A stretch of 64,000 nucleotides of DNA from a bacterium. GTDB lineage: Bacteria; JADJOY01. Made by a program: the position numbers and the translations under genes. Positions 45,395-54,327 of this stretch are shown here, piece after piece. Location of the stretch: the NCBI GenBank assembly GCA_046331705.1, contig JAXLQJ010000002.1:204370-268369 (forward strand), in the 5' to 3' direction. The first letter of the stretch is position 1. Each line of letters opens with the position of its first letter. A model generated the notes under the pieces. It saw only the letters and a list, made by a program, of their open reading frames with translations. It searched no databases and had not been told where the DNA came from.

Positions 45395-46690
45395 TCAGGG
45401 ATCGAGCGGGTCGTTGGCGTCGAGGTAGAGCACCTCGGGCGACGAACGGATGCACGCGTCCGTGGCGCCGAGCGCCGCTCCGCCGCGCCACGGCACATAG
45501 CCCAGCTCCCGCTCGCAACGCGGCTTCAAGAGCCACGCCATGTACCAGGACTGCCCCACGTCCGACGTCACGAGCACCGCGGTGTCCGGCGGCATCCCGT
45601 CGTGCAGCAACATGCGCGTGCTGTTGCGGATGTTGGTCGTGGTGTGGCGAGCGTACGGATCGACGAGGATCGCGTCCTCGGGAACGCCGTGCTTCTCCAT
45701 CAGGTAGCGCTTCATCTCGATCGCTTCCGCGTAGCGCGTGCGATCGGGATGGACGTGTCCACCCGAGGTCACCAGGAAAGGCGCCAGGCCAGCGCGCCAG
45801 CGCTCCACGGCCACGTCGCAACGCTGAGCGCCCAGCGGGCTCAGCGCGACCTCGGGATCCTCCGGGCCCTGGCCGGGGACGACGATCGCGCCGAAGCGGT
45901 AGGCACTCCATCGGGTGGTGGCCATGCGCGCGCGCGCCGCCGCGTTCTCGCCGTCGTCGAGCGGCTCGTAGCGCACGGCCTCGTCACGACCGTCCGCGCG
46001 CAAACCCGCGACCACGAGTCGCTCGAGAGGCTCGAACCAGAGCGCCCCGCCAGCGGGCGACGACGCAAGCTGCTCGACGAGCGGCGCCAGCCGCTCGGCG
46101 GGCAATGCGAAGGGGTACGAAGCGGCGAGCTCGCCCAGACGCGCGAACGCGTCGTCCCACGCGCCAGCGAGCACCTCGGCTGGGGGGCGGCCTGCGAAGC
46201 GCATGAAAGCACCCGAGGGCAGCACGTGATCGCCGACCAGCGCGAACGCCTCCGCGCCGGACACCTCGATCAACGCACGCTTCGCCGCCTCGGCGTCGGC
46301 GGCGGCGGGGAGCAGCGCGGCGGCCACACAGCTCGCCGCGCCGGCGCAGCCCCGTGCGGTGGCGACCCCCGTGGTCGCGCGCTCCGCGAGCGAGGCCCAG
46401 GTCGGATCGCGGGCGAGGCTAGCGCGAGTCGCAGCATCTCCCGCGAGAATCGCGAGCAAGGGGAACAGCCGCGCATCGAGCGCGTCGCCCCCTCTGGGAA
46501 GCACGTACGCGGGATCGAACCCGCGACCGTCGAAGTCGTACGCCGGGGGGCACGCCGCCGGATCGAGTCGCTCGAGCTCGGGGGGGATCGGCACCCCACC
46601 CACGCCATCCGGCGGCGAGGAGCTGGACTGGCAACACGCCACGAGCGCCAGCAGGCCGAGCCCGAGCGCGATCGTTCGACGCAACGGCAT
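45395..46690 (-). CDS. YdcF/DUF218 family lipoprotein
   Basis: LVAC lipobox; IVVPGQG, VTSGGHVHP, EAIEMKRYL, ARHTTTNIRN. Confidence 0.82.
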   Translation of the reverse strand: MPLRRTIALGLGLLALVACCQSSSSPPDGVGGVPIPPELERLDPAACPPAYDFDGRGFDPAYVLPRGGDALDARLFPLLAILAGDAATRASLARDPTWASLAERATTGVATARGCAGAASCVAAALLPAAADAEAAKRALIEVSGAEAFALVGDHVLPSGAFMRFAGRPPAEVLAGAWDDAFARLGELAASYPFALPAERLAPLVEQLASSPAGGALWFEPLERLVVAGLRADGRDEAVRYEPLDDGENAAARARMATTRWSAYRFGAIVVPGQGPEDPEVALSPLGAQRCDVAVERWRAGLAPFLVTSGGHVHPDRTRYAEAIEMKRYLMEKHGVPEDAILVDPYARHTTTNIRNSTRMLLHDGMPPDTAVLVTSDVGQSWYMAWLLKPRCERELGYVPWRGGAALGATDACIRSSPEVLYLDANDPLDP

Positions 46691-46729
46691 GGCACGCCCC
46701 CGCCAGCGCATCCGCGGCGGAACCGCCGT

Positions 46730-47086
46730 TCAGCGCAGCTCGAGGAGCTGGACCTCGAAGAGCAGCGTGGCGTTGGGCGGGATGACTCCGCCCGCTCCGC
46801 GCGCCCCGTAGCCGAGCGCGGGCGGAATCAAGAGCGTGCGCTTGCCCCCGACCTTGAGTCCCTGGACGCCTTCGTCCCAGCCCTTGATGACCTGACCCAC
46901 GCCGAGCTTGAACGAGAACGGCTGGCCGCGATCGAGGGAGCTGTCGAATTTCCGGCCCTTGGCGTCCTTCTCCCACAGCCATCCGGTGTAGTGCATGAAG
47001 CAGGTCTGGCCCGCCTTGGCCTCGCCGCCGTCTCCCGGCGCGGTGTCCTCGTACTGCAATCCACTGGCGGTGGTCGTCATCGGCAT
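46730..47086 (-). CDS. FKBP-type peptidyl-prolyl cis-trans isomerase
   Basis: HYTGWL, KFDSSLDRGQPF, VIKGWDEG, LGYGARG, IPPNATLLFEV. Confidence 0.96.
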   Translation of the reverse strand: MPMTTTASGLQYEDTAPGDGGEAKAGQTCFMHYTGWLWEKDAKGRKFDSSLDRGQPFSFKLGVGQVIKGWDEGVQGLKVGGKRTLLIPPALGYGARGAGGVIPPNATLLFEVQLLELR

Positions 47087-47213
47087 GAACGGGTTCCTCG
47101 TCGCGTGGGCGCGCGGTGAAAGATGAAAGCGATGGGCGCGCAGTATCGCACGGGAGAGCCGCCCATTCCCTCGCGAGCGCTCTGGCGCGAAGCTCGCCCG
47201 CCGCGAGGAAACC

Positions 47214-49820
47214 GTGAGGCTCTGGAACCTGCTCCGCTACGTCACGCTCGCCCAATGGCGCGAGCACACGCTGCGCACGCTGCTCACCACCATCGGGCTC
47301 GGGCTCGGCGTGGCGGTGATCGTGGCGATGCGGCTGGTGAACGACGCCGTCTTCACGTCGATCCGCGGCTCGGTCGACGACGTCGCGGGGCGCGCGGTGC
47401 TCTCGGTGAGCAACGGACAAGCCGGCGTCCCCGAGGAGCTCCTCGAACGCGTGCGCGCCGTGCCCGGCGTGAAGACCGCGGCCGCGCTGATCCTCGACTC
47501 CGGCTTGGTGCTCGACCGTCCCGAACGCGGCGAACGGCTGCAGGTCTTCGGCGTCGATTACCTGGCCGACTCCGAGGTACGCAGCTACGAGCTCGAGAAA
47601 TCCGGCGAGAGCGAGATGGAGGACCCGATCGTGGTCCTGTCTCGGCCCGACTCGGTGTTCGTGACGCGCGGCTTCGCCACCGAGCACGCGCTCGCGCTCG
47701 GCTCCAAGCTGGCGCTGCAAACCGCGCTCGGCCCGCGCGATCTCGTGGTGCGCGGGATCTTGAAGGAGGCGGGGCCGGCCAAGGCGTTCGGCGGGATGCT
47801 CGCGCTCATGGACATCTTCGCGGCCCAGATCGCGTTCGGGAAAGGCGTCGCCGGCGAGCCGGGACGCTTCGATCAGATCGACGTGGTGCTGCGCCCCGAG
47901 CTCGACGACGACGGCGAGATCGCCGCCGCGCGCGACCGCATCGCCGCGGCCGTCGCCGGCCAAGCGACCGTCGAGCGGCCCGAGAGTCGCGGCGAGCAGA
48001 TGCAGAGCATGCTCGGAGCCACCAAGCTCGGTTTCGTGCAGGCGCAAGCGCTGGCGTTCATCGTCGGCGTCTTCCTGGTGTTCAACACCATGAGCATCGC
48101 GGTGGTGCAGCGCCGCCGCGAGATCGGGATCCTGCGTTCGCTGGGTGCCACCGCACCGCGCATTCGAGGGCTCTTCCTGGTGGAGGCGGCGATTCTCTCG
48201 ACCCTCGGCAGCGCGCTCGGGCTGCTGGGCGGATTGGGAATCGCGCGCACCATCATCCCCGCGATCGAGCGGCTGACGTCGTCCTGGATCATGCCGTCGA
48301 CGATCGGCGCGCTTCGCCTCGGCCGTCTCGACGCATTGGCCGCGCTGGGCGCGGGCATCGGCGTGTCCCTCGCCGCGACGCTCGTGCCGAGCGTCCAGGC
48401 GGGACGCGTATCGCCGCTGGTGGCGCTCAGACGCGATGCGCCGGCGCGAGTCGATCCGCGGACCATGCGCAGGCTCGGCTGGGCGGGCGGCGCGCTGGTC
48501 GCCGCGAGCTTCGCGGCCGGCTTCGCCGGCGCATGGCTACCGGGCGGCGCGAGCGCGCTGGTGGCGATGGGCTGCCGCGTGGTGGGCGCGGCACTGCTCA
48601 TGCCCGCCGCCGTGGGATGGCTGGTGCCGATCGTCGGCCGCTTGCTGGAGGCGGCCTTCGGCATCCAGGGGCGCCTCGCCAGCGACAACCTGCGCCGCGC
48701 GCCCGGCCGCACGGCGGTGACGCTGACGGCGATCCTCGTCGGCATCGCCGCGTACGTGATCGTGGCCACGCTCATGCGCAGCCTCGAGGTCTCCATCTCC
48801 GACTGGCTCGATCGCTACATCGCCAGCGACCTGAGCGTCTCGGCCTCCAACCGGGTCGCCGGCCCGCGCTCCAATCGCATTCCCGGCGAGCTCATCGAAG
48901 GCGTGCGCGAGATTCCCGGCGTGCGCATCGTGCGGCCGTTTCGGTCGTTGCAGATCCCATACGAAGGGCAGATCACGATGTTGCTGTCGCTCGATCTCGG
49001 CGTGGCGCGGCGCACCATCCGCTACGACATGGTCGACGGACCCGACTCGAAGACGTTCGAGGAACGGCTCCATCGCGGCGAGGGTGTGGGGGTTTCCGAC
49101 GCGTTCGCGCGCCGCTTCGCGAAACGCGTCGGCGACGAGCTCGAGCTGGAAACACCCTCCGGACGCCACCGCTATCCGATCCTCGGCACCTTCGCCGATT
49201 GGGCCGGACCGACGGGCTCGATCCACATGGACCGCGCGCTCTTCGTGAAGGATTGGCAGACGAACCTGGTGGACGCGATCAGCGTGGACCTCGTGAGCCC
49301 CGCCGACGAGAGCCGCGTGATGGCGGCGATCCGCGCGCGCTACGGCCGCCAATACGACCTGCAGATCATCACCTCGCGCGAGATGAAGAAGGACATCCGT
49401 GAACAGATCGTGCAGGGCTTCCAGATGACCCGCGCCACCGAGGTGGTGGTGCTCCTCATCTCGGCGCTCGGCGTGGTCAACACCCTGCTCGCGGCGATCC
49501 TCGATCGCACCCGCGAGATCGGGATCCTGCGTGCCATCGGCGCGACGCGCGCGCAGGTGGTGCGCGCCGTGCTCCTCGAGGCCGGGCTCCTCGGCGCGCT
49601 CGGCGCGCTCCTCGGCATCGGCCTCGGCCTCGCCAGCGCCTACCCGTTCGTGAAGGTCGCGATCCTCGAGGTCGTCGGCTGGCACCTCGACTTCCACGTC
49701 GATCCCACCGCCGTCGCCGCTGCAGGCACCCTCGCCATCGCGATCTCGATCGCCGCCGCGTACTACCCCGGCCGCAAGGCCGCCCGCCTCGATGTCCTCA
49801 CGGCGATCGAGTACGAGTGA
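47214..49820 (+). CDS. FtsX/MacB-like ABC transporter permease (duplicated architecture)
   Basis: Two MacB-type periplasmic/FtsX halves with RRREIGILRSLGA and RTREIGILRAIGA. Confidence 0.9.
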   Translation: MRLWNLLRYVTLAQWREHTLRTLLTTIGLGLGVAVIVAMRLVNDAVFTSIRGSVDDVAGRAVLSVSNGQAGVPEELLERVRAVPGVKTAAALILDSGLVLDRPERGERLQVFGVDYLADSEVRSYELEKSGESEMEDPIVVLSRPDSVFVTRGFATEHALALGSKLALQTALGPRDLVVRGILKEAGPAKAFGGMLALMDIFAAQIAFGKGVAGEPGRFDQIDVVLRPELDDDGEIAAARDRIAAAVAGQATVERPESRGEQMQSMLGATKLGFVQAQALAFIVGVFLVFNTMSIAVVQRRREIGILRSLGATAPRIRGLFLVEAAILSTLGSALGLLGGLGIARTIIPAIERLTSSWIMPSTIGALRLGRLDALAALGAGIGVSLAATLVPSVQAGRVSPLVALRRDAPARVDPRTMRRLGWAGGALVAASFAAGFAGAWLPGGASALVAMGCRVVGAALLMPAAVGWLVPIVGRLLEAAFGIQGRLASDNLRRAPGRTAVTLTAILVGIAAYVIVATLMRSLEVSISDWLDRYIASDLSVSASNRVAGPRSNRIPGELIEGVREIPGVRIVRPFRSLQIPYEGQITMLLSLDLGVARRTIRYDMVDGPDSKTFEERLHRGEGVGVSDAFARRFAKRVGDELELETPSGRHRYPILGTFADWAGPTGSIHMDRALFVKDWQTNLVDAISVDLVSPADESRVMAAIRARYGRQYDLQIITSREMKKDIREQIVQGFQMTRATEVVVLLISALGVVNTLLAAILDRTREIGILRAIGATRAQVVRAVLLEAGLLGALGALLGIGLGLASAYPFVKVAILEVVGWHLDFHVDPTAVAAAGTLAIAISIAAAYYPGRKAARLDVLTAIEYE

Positions 49821-49889
49821 CGGCGCGCTGCCGGGCGCAGGTCGCGTGGGGCGAGGCCGACTTCGCGAACGGCGAGCCCGCGCTCGCGC

Positions 49890-50069
49890 GACACGGCGGT
49901 ACGGCTCGAGAGCGGGCTCTCCCAAGCCGAGCTCGCAGCGGCGCTCGGGAACTCGGAACGGACACGGGAGCCGTGGGAACGGGGTCGTCGGAGGCCAGCC
50001 GGCGCCGCACAGCGGCAACTCGAGATCGCCGATCGCCGTCCCGAGGTATTCCTCGAGGTCGCCGCGTAG
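49890..50069 (+). pseudogene. Remnant of an XRE/HigA-type helix-turn-helix gene
   Basis: Translates DTAVRLESGLSQAELAAALGNSERTREPWERGRRRPAGAAQRQLEIADRRPEVFLEVAA*; no in-frame start codon back to the stop at 49818. Confidence 0.7.
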
Positions 50070-50183
50070 GCGTCGGAGACGCGAGGAGCCGCCGAACGAG
50101 GCGCTGAAACGGCCGGAACTCGGGCCCGCTCGAGCTTGGGCCCGCAGCAATCTCGAGCCGTTGCGAATCGCGTCGGCTCGGGT

Positions 50184-51047
50184 TCACCACACCTGGATCG
50201 ACGTGGCGGTGCCGCGCCAGTAGGCGAAGGGGCCGGTGGGAAGGAGCCACTCGGCCACGGCGTCGCGCGGCACCCACGTTCCCGCGTGCTCCACGTAGCC
50301 GTCGATGCGCGCTTGCCACGGGCGCAGGACGGGCGGGTTCTTGCCGTCGTCGAAGGTGCGCTCGGGCGTGAAGACCGAGGCCACGCGACCGTCGGCGCCG
50401 AAGCGGAATTCGAGGCTTGCGCGCACATCGCCGGCGACGAGCGTCGCGAACGCCCGCTGCTCGTCGACCGGCTCCCAGGTCACTCCGTGGCCGGGCAGAA
50501 GCGCCGTCGGGAACCACAGCGTCTCGCCGAGGTAGCGCGTGAGCGCGGCGGTCGCGAGCGCGGGCGTGGGCTTCGCGTCGACCACGGTCACGAGCCCGAG
50601 CACGGCGCCCTGCATTCGTCCCTCGCCGCCCACGAAGGCGTCGCGCACGACGACCGAGAGCCCCGGCGCCATGCGCATCCGCGCGGCCCACACGAAACCC
50701 GGCGCCGCGGGCACGAAATCCTGGGTCGCGGTGAACGGCACCCAGCGGTCGGCGGCCGGCTTTCCCAGATTGAACTCGCCGCGCCACTCGACGCGCACGT
50801 GGCGAGCGAGCGGCGCGCTCGCGGGTAGCACCGAGCGGAGGTAGCGCGCAGCGGGCGCGGGAAGCGTGTCGAAAGCCCGGTCGGCTGGTGCCGCGGTTGG
50901 CGCACGCGCGCCGGATGCATCGTCGAGCCGCTTCACCAGCGCCTCGGTTGCTGCGCTCCAACGCCGCATCGCGCGCCGAATCCACACCACACCAACCGTT
51001 GCGCCCGCGCCGGGAAGCGCGAGCATCAGCGCGAAGGCCAGGCTCAT
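50184..51047 (-). CDS. Conserved hypothetical membrane-anchored protein (DUF6544/DUF6920-like)
   Basis: LPAPAARYL, WVPFTATQ, PGFVWAA, RYLGETLWFPTALL pattern; family name from recall. Confidence 0.7.
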   Translation of the reverse strand: MSLAFALMLALPGAGATVGVVWIRRAMRRWSAATEALVKRLDDASGARAPTAAPADRAFDTLPAPAARYLRSVLPASAPLARHVRVEWRGEFNLGKPAADRWVPFTATQDFVPAAPGFVWAARMRMAPGLSVVVRDAFVGGEGRMQGAVLGLVTVVDAKPTPALATAALTRYLGETLWFPTALLPGHGVTWEPVDEQRAFATLVAGDVRASLEFRFGADGRVASVFTPERTFDDGKNPPVLRPWQARIDGYVEHAGTWVPRDAVAEWLLPTGPFAYWRGTATSIQVW

Positions 51048-51079
51048 GACCGGTACTATCGCGCAACTCTCCCGCGGAG

Positions 51080-51296
51080 GAGTGAGCCCGCGGCGAGCAG
51101 GAGCGACGCCGCCGCGGCGCACGGACGCGCGAGGCTCGACGGATTGCGGCATCGCTCCCACCGAGGAATCCCTTCTCGACGGGCGGTGCCGAAAACCTTC
51201 GCCACTCTGCCGACGATGTTCCGCAGCTCCCATTCCGGGAGGATGCGTCTGTGCCGTCTCGCGTCGCTCCTGCGACGGCGCGCGAGGCGCTCACTC
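51080..51296 (+). ncRNA. Candidate rod-shaped structured RNA (6S-like architecture)
   Basis: Four nested helices (8 bp, 13 bp perfect, 10 bp with one G-U, about 9 bp interrupted); TACTAT -10-like box at 51054-51059. Confidence 0.45.
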
Positions 51297-51651
51297 GACC
51301 ACGTCAGCGCGTGGGCGTCTGACGACCAGCCGCGTCGAGCCGCAGCCCTTCGCGCGGCGTGATTGCACGCGCCGCGTCCAACGAAATTGCGCGCGGATTC
51401 GCCAGCGTTCACCCGCCAGAGGCCCATCTCGGACGTCGGCGCGCCGCATCCCGACCGACGTTGGCGCGCGGACGACGCTTCGAGTCGCGCGCCCGGCAAA
51501 TGGTGTGTACACGGCCCGCACAGGCGCTGAACGACGGCGGCGCATCGCTTGCACGACGCGCTACCCGCACACGCCGCTGGACGAGACGTTCGAGGCACGT
51601 GCGCAGCTGCTCGTTCACGATTCGCGGCAGGATGCCGCAAAGGAGATCTCG

Positions 51652-53052
51652 ATGAGGTGTAAGCCTTTGCTGATGACGGCCGTCGCCGCCACGGCGCTCA
51701 TCTCGCAGTCCGCTCGCGCAGGGAGTCCGTCGTTCGACACCAACTGGGAAGATCCACTCGGCGCTGCATCGGCGGTGACCTTCCCCGACGAGGCCTTCGC
51801 GGTCACCATCGACCAGAACGGCTACATCTTCACGTTCACGCAGGACCATGCGGTCGACAAGATTGGTTGTCGGCGCTACCTCTCGAATCGGACGTTCGAC
51901 TCGGGCAACAGCTCCAGCAACAACACGACCAACAATCCGATCGGCTCGGGCAGCACGGCCAAGCCGTTCGTCGCGTATGCGACCACGAACTACGTCTACA
52001 CCGCTGGCGTCGCGTACTCCGGCTCGGAATCCAACTGGTACATCATGCGTTTCTCGAAGAGCTGTGCGCCGGCGCCCTGGACCCAAGACGCCGGCGGGAC
52101 GATGGGGAGCGGCGGGAACACCGCCAGCTACTCCGTCACGAGCAACGGCGCCGCTCTGTACGGCGTGACGAACGGCTACGACGAGATCGACGGGCTGTAC
52201 GTGAATGCCGACGAGACTCGCATCACGGTGTCCGGTCACCACGGCTTCGCCAACAGCCAGCTCGCTGCTGGGGCGGAAGGTCAGGCGGCGGTGGGCCGAT
52301 TCGACGCCTCCACCGGCCTACCGATCTGGGTGAAGACGCACCATCCGAGCGGAAGCGGGGGCGCAGGCGGCCACTACGACGCTGCAGACGGAGCGCTCGC
52401 GATGTACACCGACAACGGCACCAACTACATCTACATCGCCGGCCGTCAGGCCGGTAACGGGATCTCGGGAATCGGCGCCAAGGCGATGGTGGCGCGCTTC
52501 ACCGATGCCGGCGACACGGCGCCGTCCGCTCCCACGACGGCCACTCCCTACGCTCACTCCAATCCGTTCCTGTCGCCGGTGGCCACGGCGGGTGCGGTCG
52601 TCGACTCCACGGGCGTGTACGTCGGCGGCTACCTCTCCAACTTCTTCGGCGGCGTCCCGAGCGGCACGTTCGTCCTCAAGTTCAACCTGGGCCTCAGCGC
52701 GCAGACCGCCACGCCTTACCTTCCCGCCGAGACCGAGTCGCGATTCACGCGCACGATCGCCGTCGACAACTCCGCAGGCCGCGGCTACGTGTACGTGATC
52801 GGCGCGGTGAAGACGGGCACCAGCGGCGACACGTCGCTGGTGCGACTCAACGCGAGCAATCTCGTGAAAGACACGGTCGCATCGCCCAATTGGTGTCATC
52901 AGTCCAATGTGAACTGTGCCGACGGTACCGAGCAGACACCGGGCGGCATCGCGCAAACCGGCGACACCTTCTACATCGTCGCGTTTTCGACTGGCTTCTC
53001 CGGATACTCCACCAAGAAGAACCCGATCATCTTCAGCGCGACTGGGTTCTGA
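51652..53052 (+). CDS. Secreted Gly/Ser/Thr/Asn-rich protein, probable beta-propeller
   Basis: AAGGAG RBS, signal peptide ending ARA, repeated YVYTAG/YIYIAG/VYVGG/YVYVIG strands. Confidence 0.75.
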   Translation: MRCKPLLMTAVAATALISQSARAGSPSFDTNWEDPLGAASAVTFPDEAFAVTIDQNGYIFTFTQDHAVDKIGCRRYLSNRTFDSGNSSSNNTTNNPIGSGSTAKPFVAYATTNYVYTAGVAYSGSESNWYIMRFSKSCAPAPWTQDAGGTMGSGGNTASYSVTSNGAALYGVTNGYDEIDGLYVNADETRITVSGHHGFANSQLAAGAEGQAAVGRFDASTGLPIWVKTHHPSGSGGAGGHYDAADGALAMYTDNGTNYIYIAGRQAGNGISGIGAKAMVARFTDAGDTAPSAPTTATPYAHSNPFLSPVATAGAVVDSTGVYVGGYLSNFFGGVPSGTFVLKFNLGLSAQTATPYLPAETESRFTRTIAVDNSAGRGYVYVIGAVKTGTSGDTSLVRLNASNLVKDTVASPNWCHQSNVNCADGTEQTPGGIAQTGDTFYIVAFSTGFSGYSTKKNPIIFSATGF

Positions 53053-53325
53053 CACAACGACGTAGCGCGAACGTGCGCGAGCTTCGCCGGAGAATCGATC
53101 CGGCGGAGCTCGCGCAGTCTGCTCCGCGACGGCGCACAGCGGGCACGCACCCCGCGCCGCCGCATCGGCCCCTCCCTCGCCGCCCGCGTGAATCGGGCGC
53201 TCGTCGAGAGCGCCGCTCGCAGTCCGTGCCGCCGAGCCAAGCGCGGGTCGGATACGCTCGCGCGCCTCTCATCATTCGGCGGCGCGCTCGCGTGGGCGCA
53301 GCGCTTTCCGCGAGGGCGAGGCCAC

Positions 53326-54327
53326 GTGAAGCTGCTCACCATCCTGGGTTGGATCGCGTTCGCGCTCGAAGCCGCGTTCGTGGCGATGCTCTTCTGGCAG
53401 CGCAACATGGGCGACGACGCGGCGGGGCGCGGCATGGCCACCGGCTTCGCGATCGTGCTCGCGCCGATCGTGCTGGTCGCCGGCGGACTCTTCTGGTGGG
53501 GCCAGCGCGGCGGTCCGGCGCAGGTGCTCTGGCTCGGGCTCGCGATCTTGCTCGCGCCAGCGGCGTTCGGTCTGGCGCGATTCGGCTCGGGAATCTTCGG
53601 CAAGCTCGATCGGGCGCTCGGGCGAGCGCAGTTCGGCCGCTTCGACGATCCGCACCTCACGGGCATCGCGCGCGCCATCGACCAAGACGACGTGGCCGCG
53701 ATCGAGCAACTCGTGGTCGAGAAGCCCACCGATTTCGAGGCCCGCGATCGCGTGGGCCACACCCTCTTGGGTCACGCGATCCACCGCGTGATCGAGGATT
53801 GGGGCTCGGCGCAGCATGTGCCTGCCGTGCGCGCGCTGCTGAAGGCGGGCGCGCCGCCAGCGATGGACGCGCTCTCGCCGGGACGCACCCAGGCGTCGGT
53901 GAGCGAGCACGATCTCGTGTACCACCTCTTCGGAGTCGGCCACGAAGGCGCGGTGGCCGCGCTGGACGCGATTCTCGACGCCGGCGCCAAGCCGGATACG
54001 GTCGACGAGGACGGCCGTCCGATCCTGTTCTCGAGCTACGCGCGCTTGCCCGCGCTCGAGGTGCTCGCGCGGCACGGAGCCAACCTGAAGCTGCTCGATT
54101 CCCGCAGCGATCAGCTCGGCTGGACGCCGCTCATGCACTGGGCGCGGATGCGCTCGTGGGATCTGGCGCTCTTCTTCCTTCGGCACGGCGTCCCCCAGGA
54201 CTACACCGCGCCCGACGGCCGGAATCTCCGCAACATCCTCGACGAGGTCGATCCTCCGGGCAGCACGTACTACGGCGCGGACGAGACCGCTCACGCCGCC
54301 TTCGTCGCGGCACTCGCCGGCGGCTAG
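53326..54327 (+). CDS. Membrane protein with ankyrin-like repeats
   Basis: Three N-terminal TMs; GHTLLGHAI, ALLKAGA, GRPILF, GWTPLMHW, LRHGV. Confidence 0.75.
   Translation: MKLLTILGWIAFALEAAFVAMLFWQRNMGDDAAGRGMATGFAIVLAPIVLVAGGLFWWGQRGGPAQVLWLGLAILLAPAAFGLARFGSGIFGKLDRALGRAQFGRFDDPHLTGIARAIDQDDVAAIEQLVVEKPTDFEARDRVGHTLLGHAIHRVIEDWGSAQHVPAVRALLKAGAPPAMDALSPGRTQASVSEHDLVYHLFGVGHEGAVAALDAILDAGAKPDTVDEDGRPILFSSYARLPALEVLARHGANLKLLDSRSDQLGWTPLMHWARMRSWDLALFFLRHGVPQDYTAPDGRNLRNILDEVDPPGSTYYGADETAHAAFVAALAGG

Noticed and set aside
51080-51296. SRP RNA, tRNA or tmRNA identity for the structured region
   Set aside because: No SRP domain IV motif, cloverleaf/T-loop or CCA end seen; no rRNA or tRNA recognised anywhere in the window
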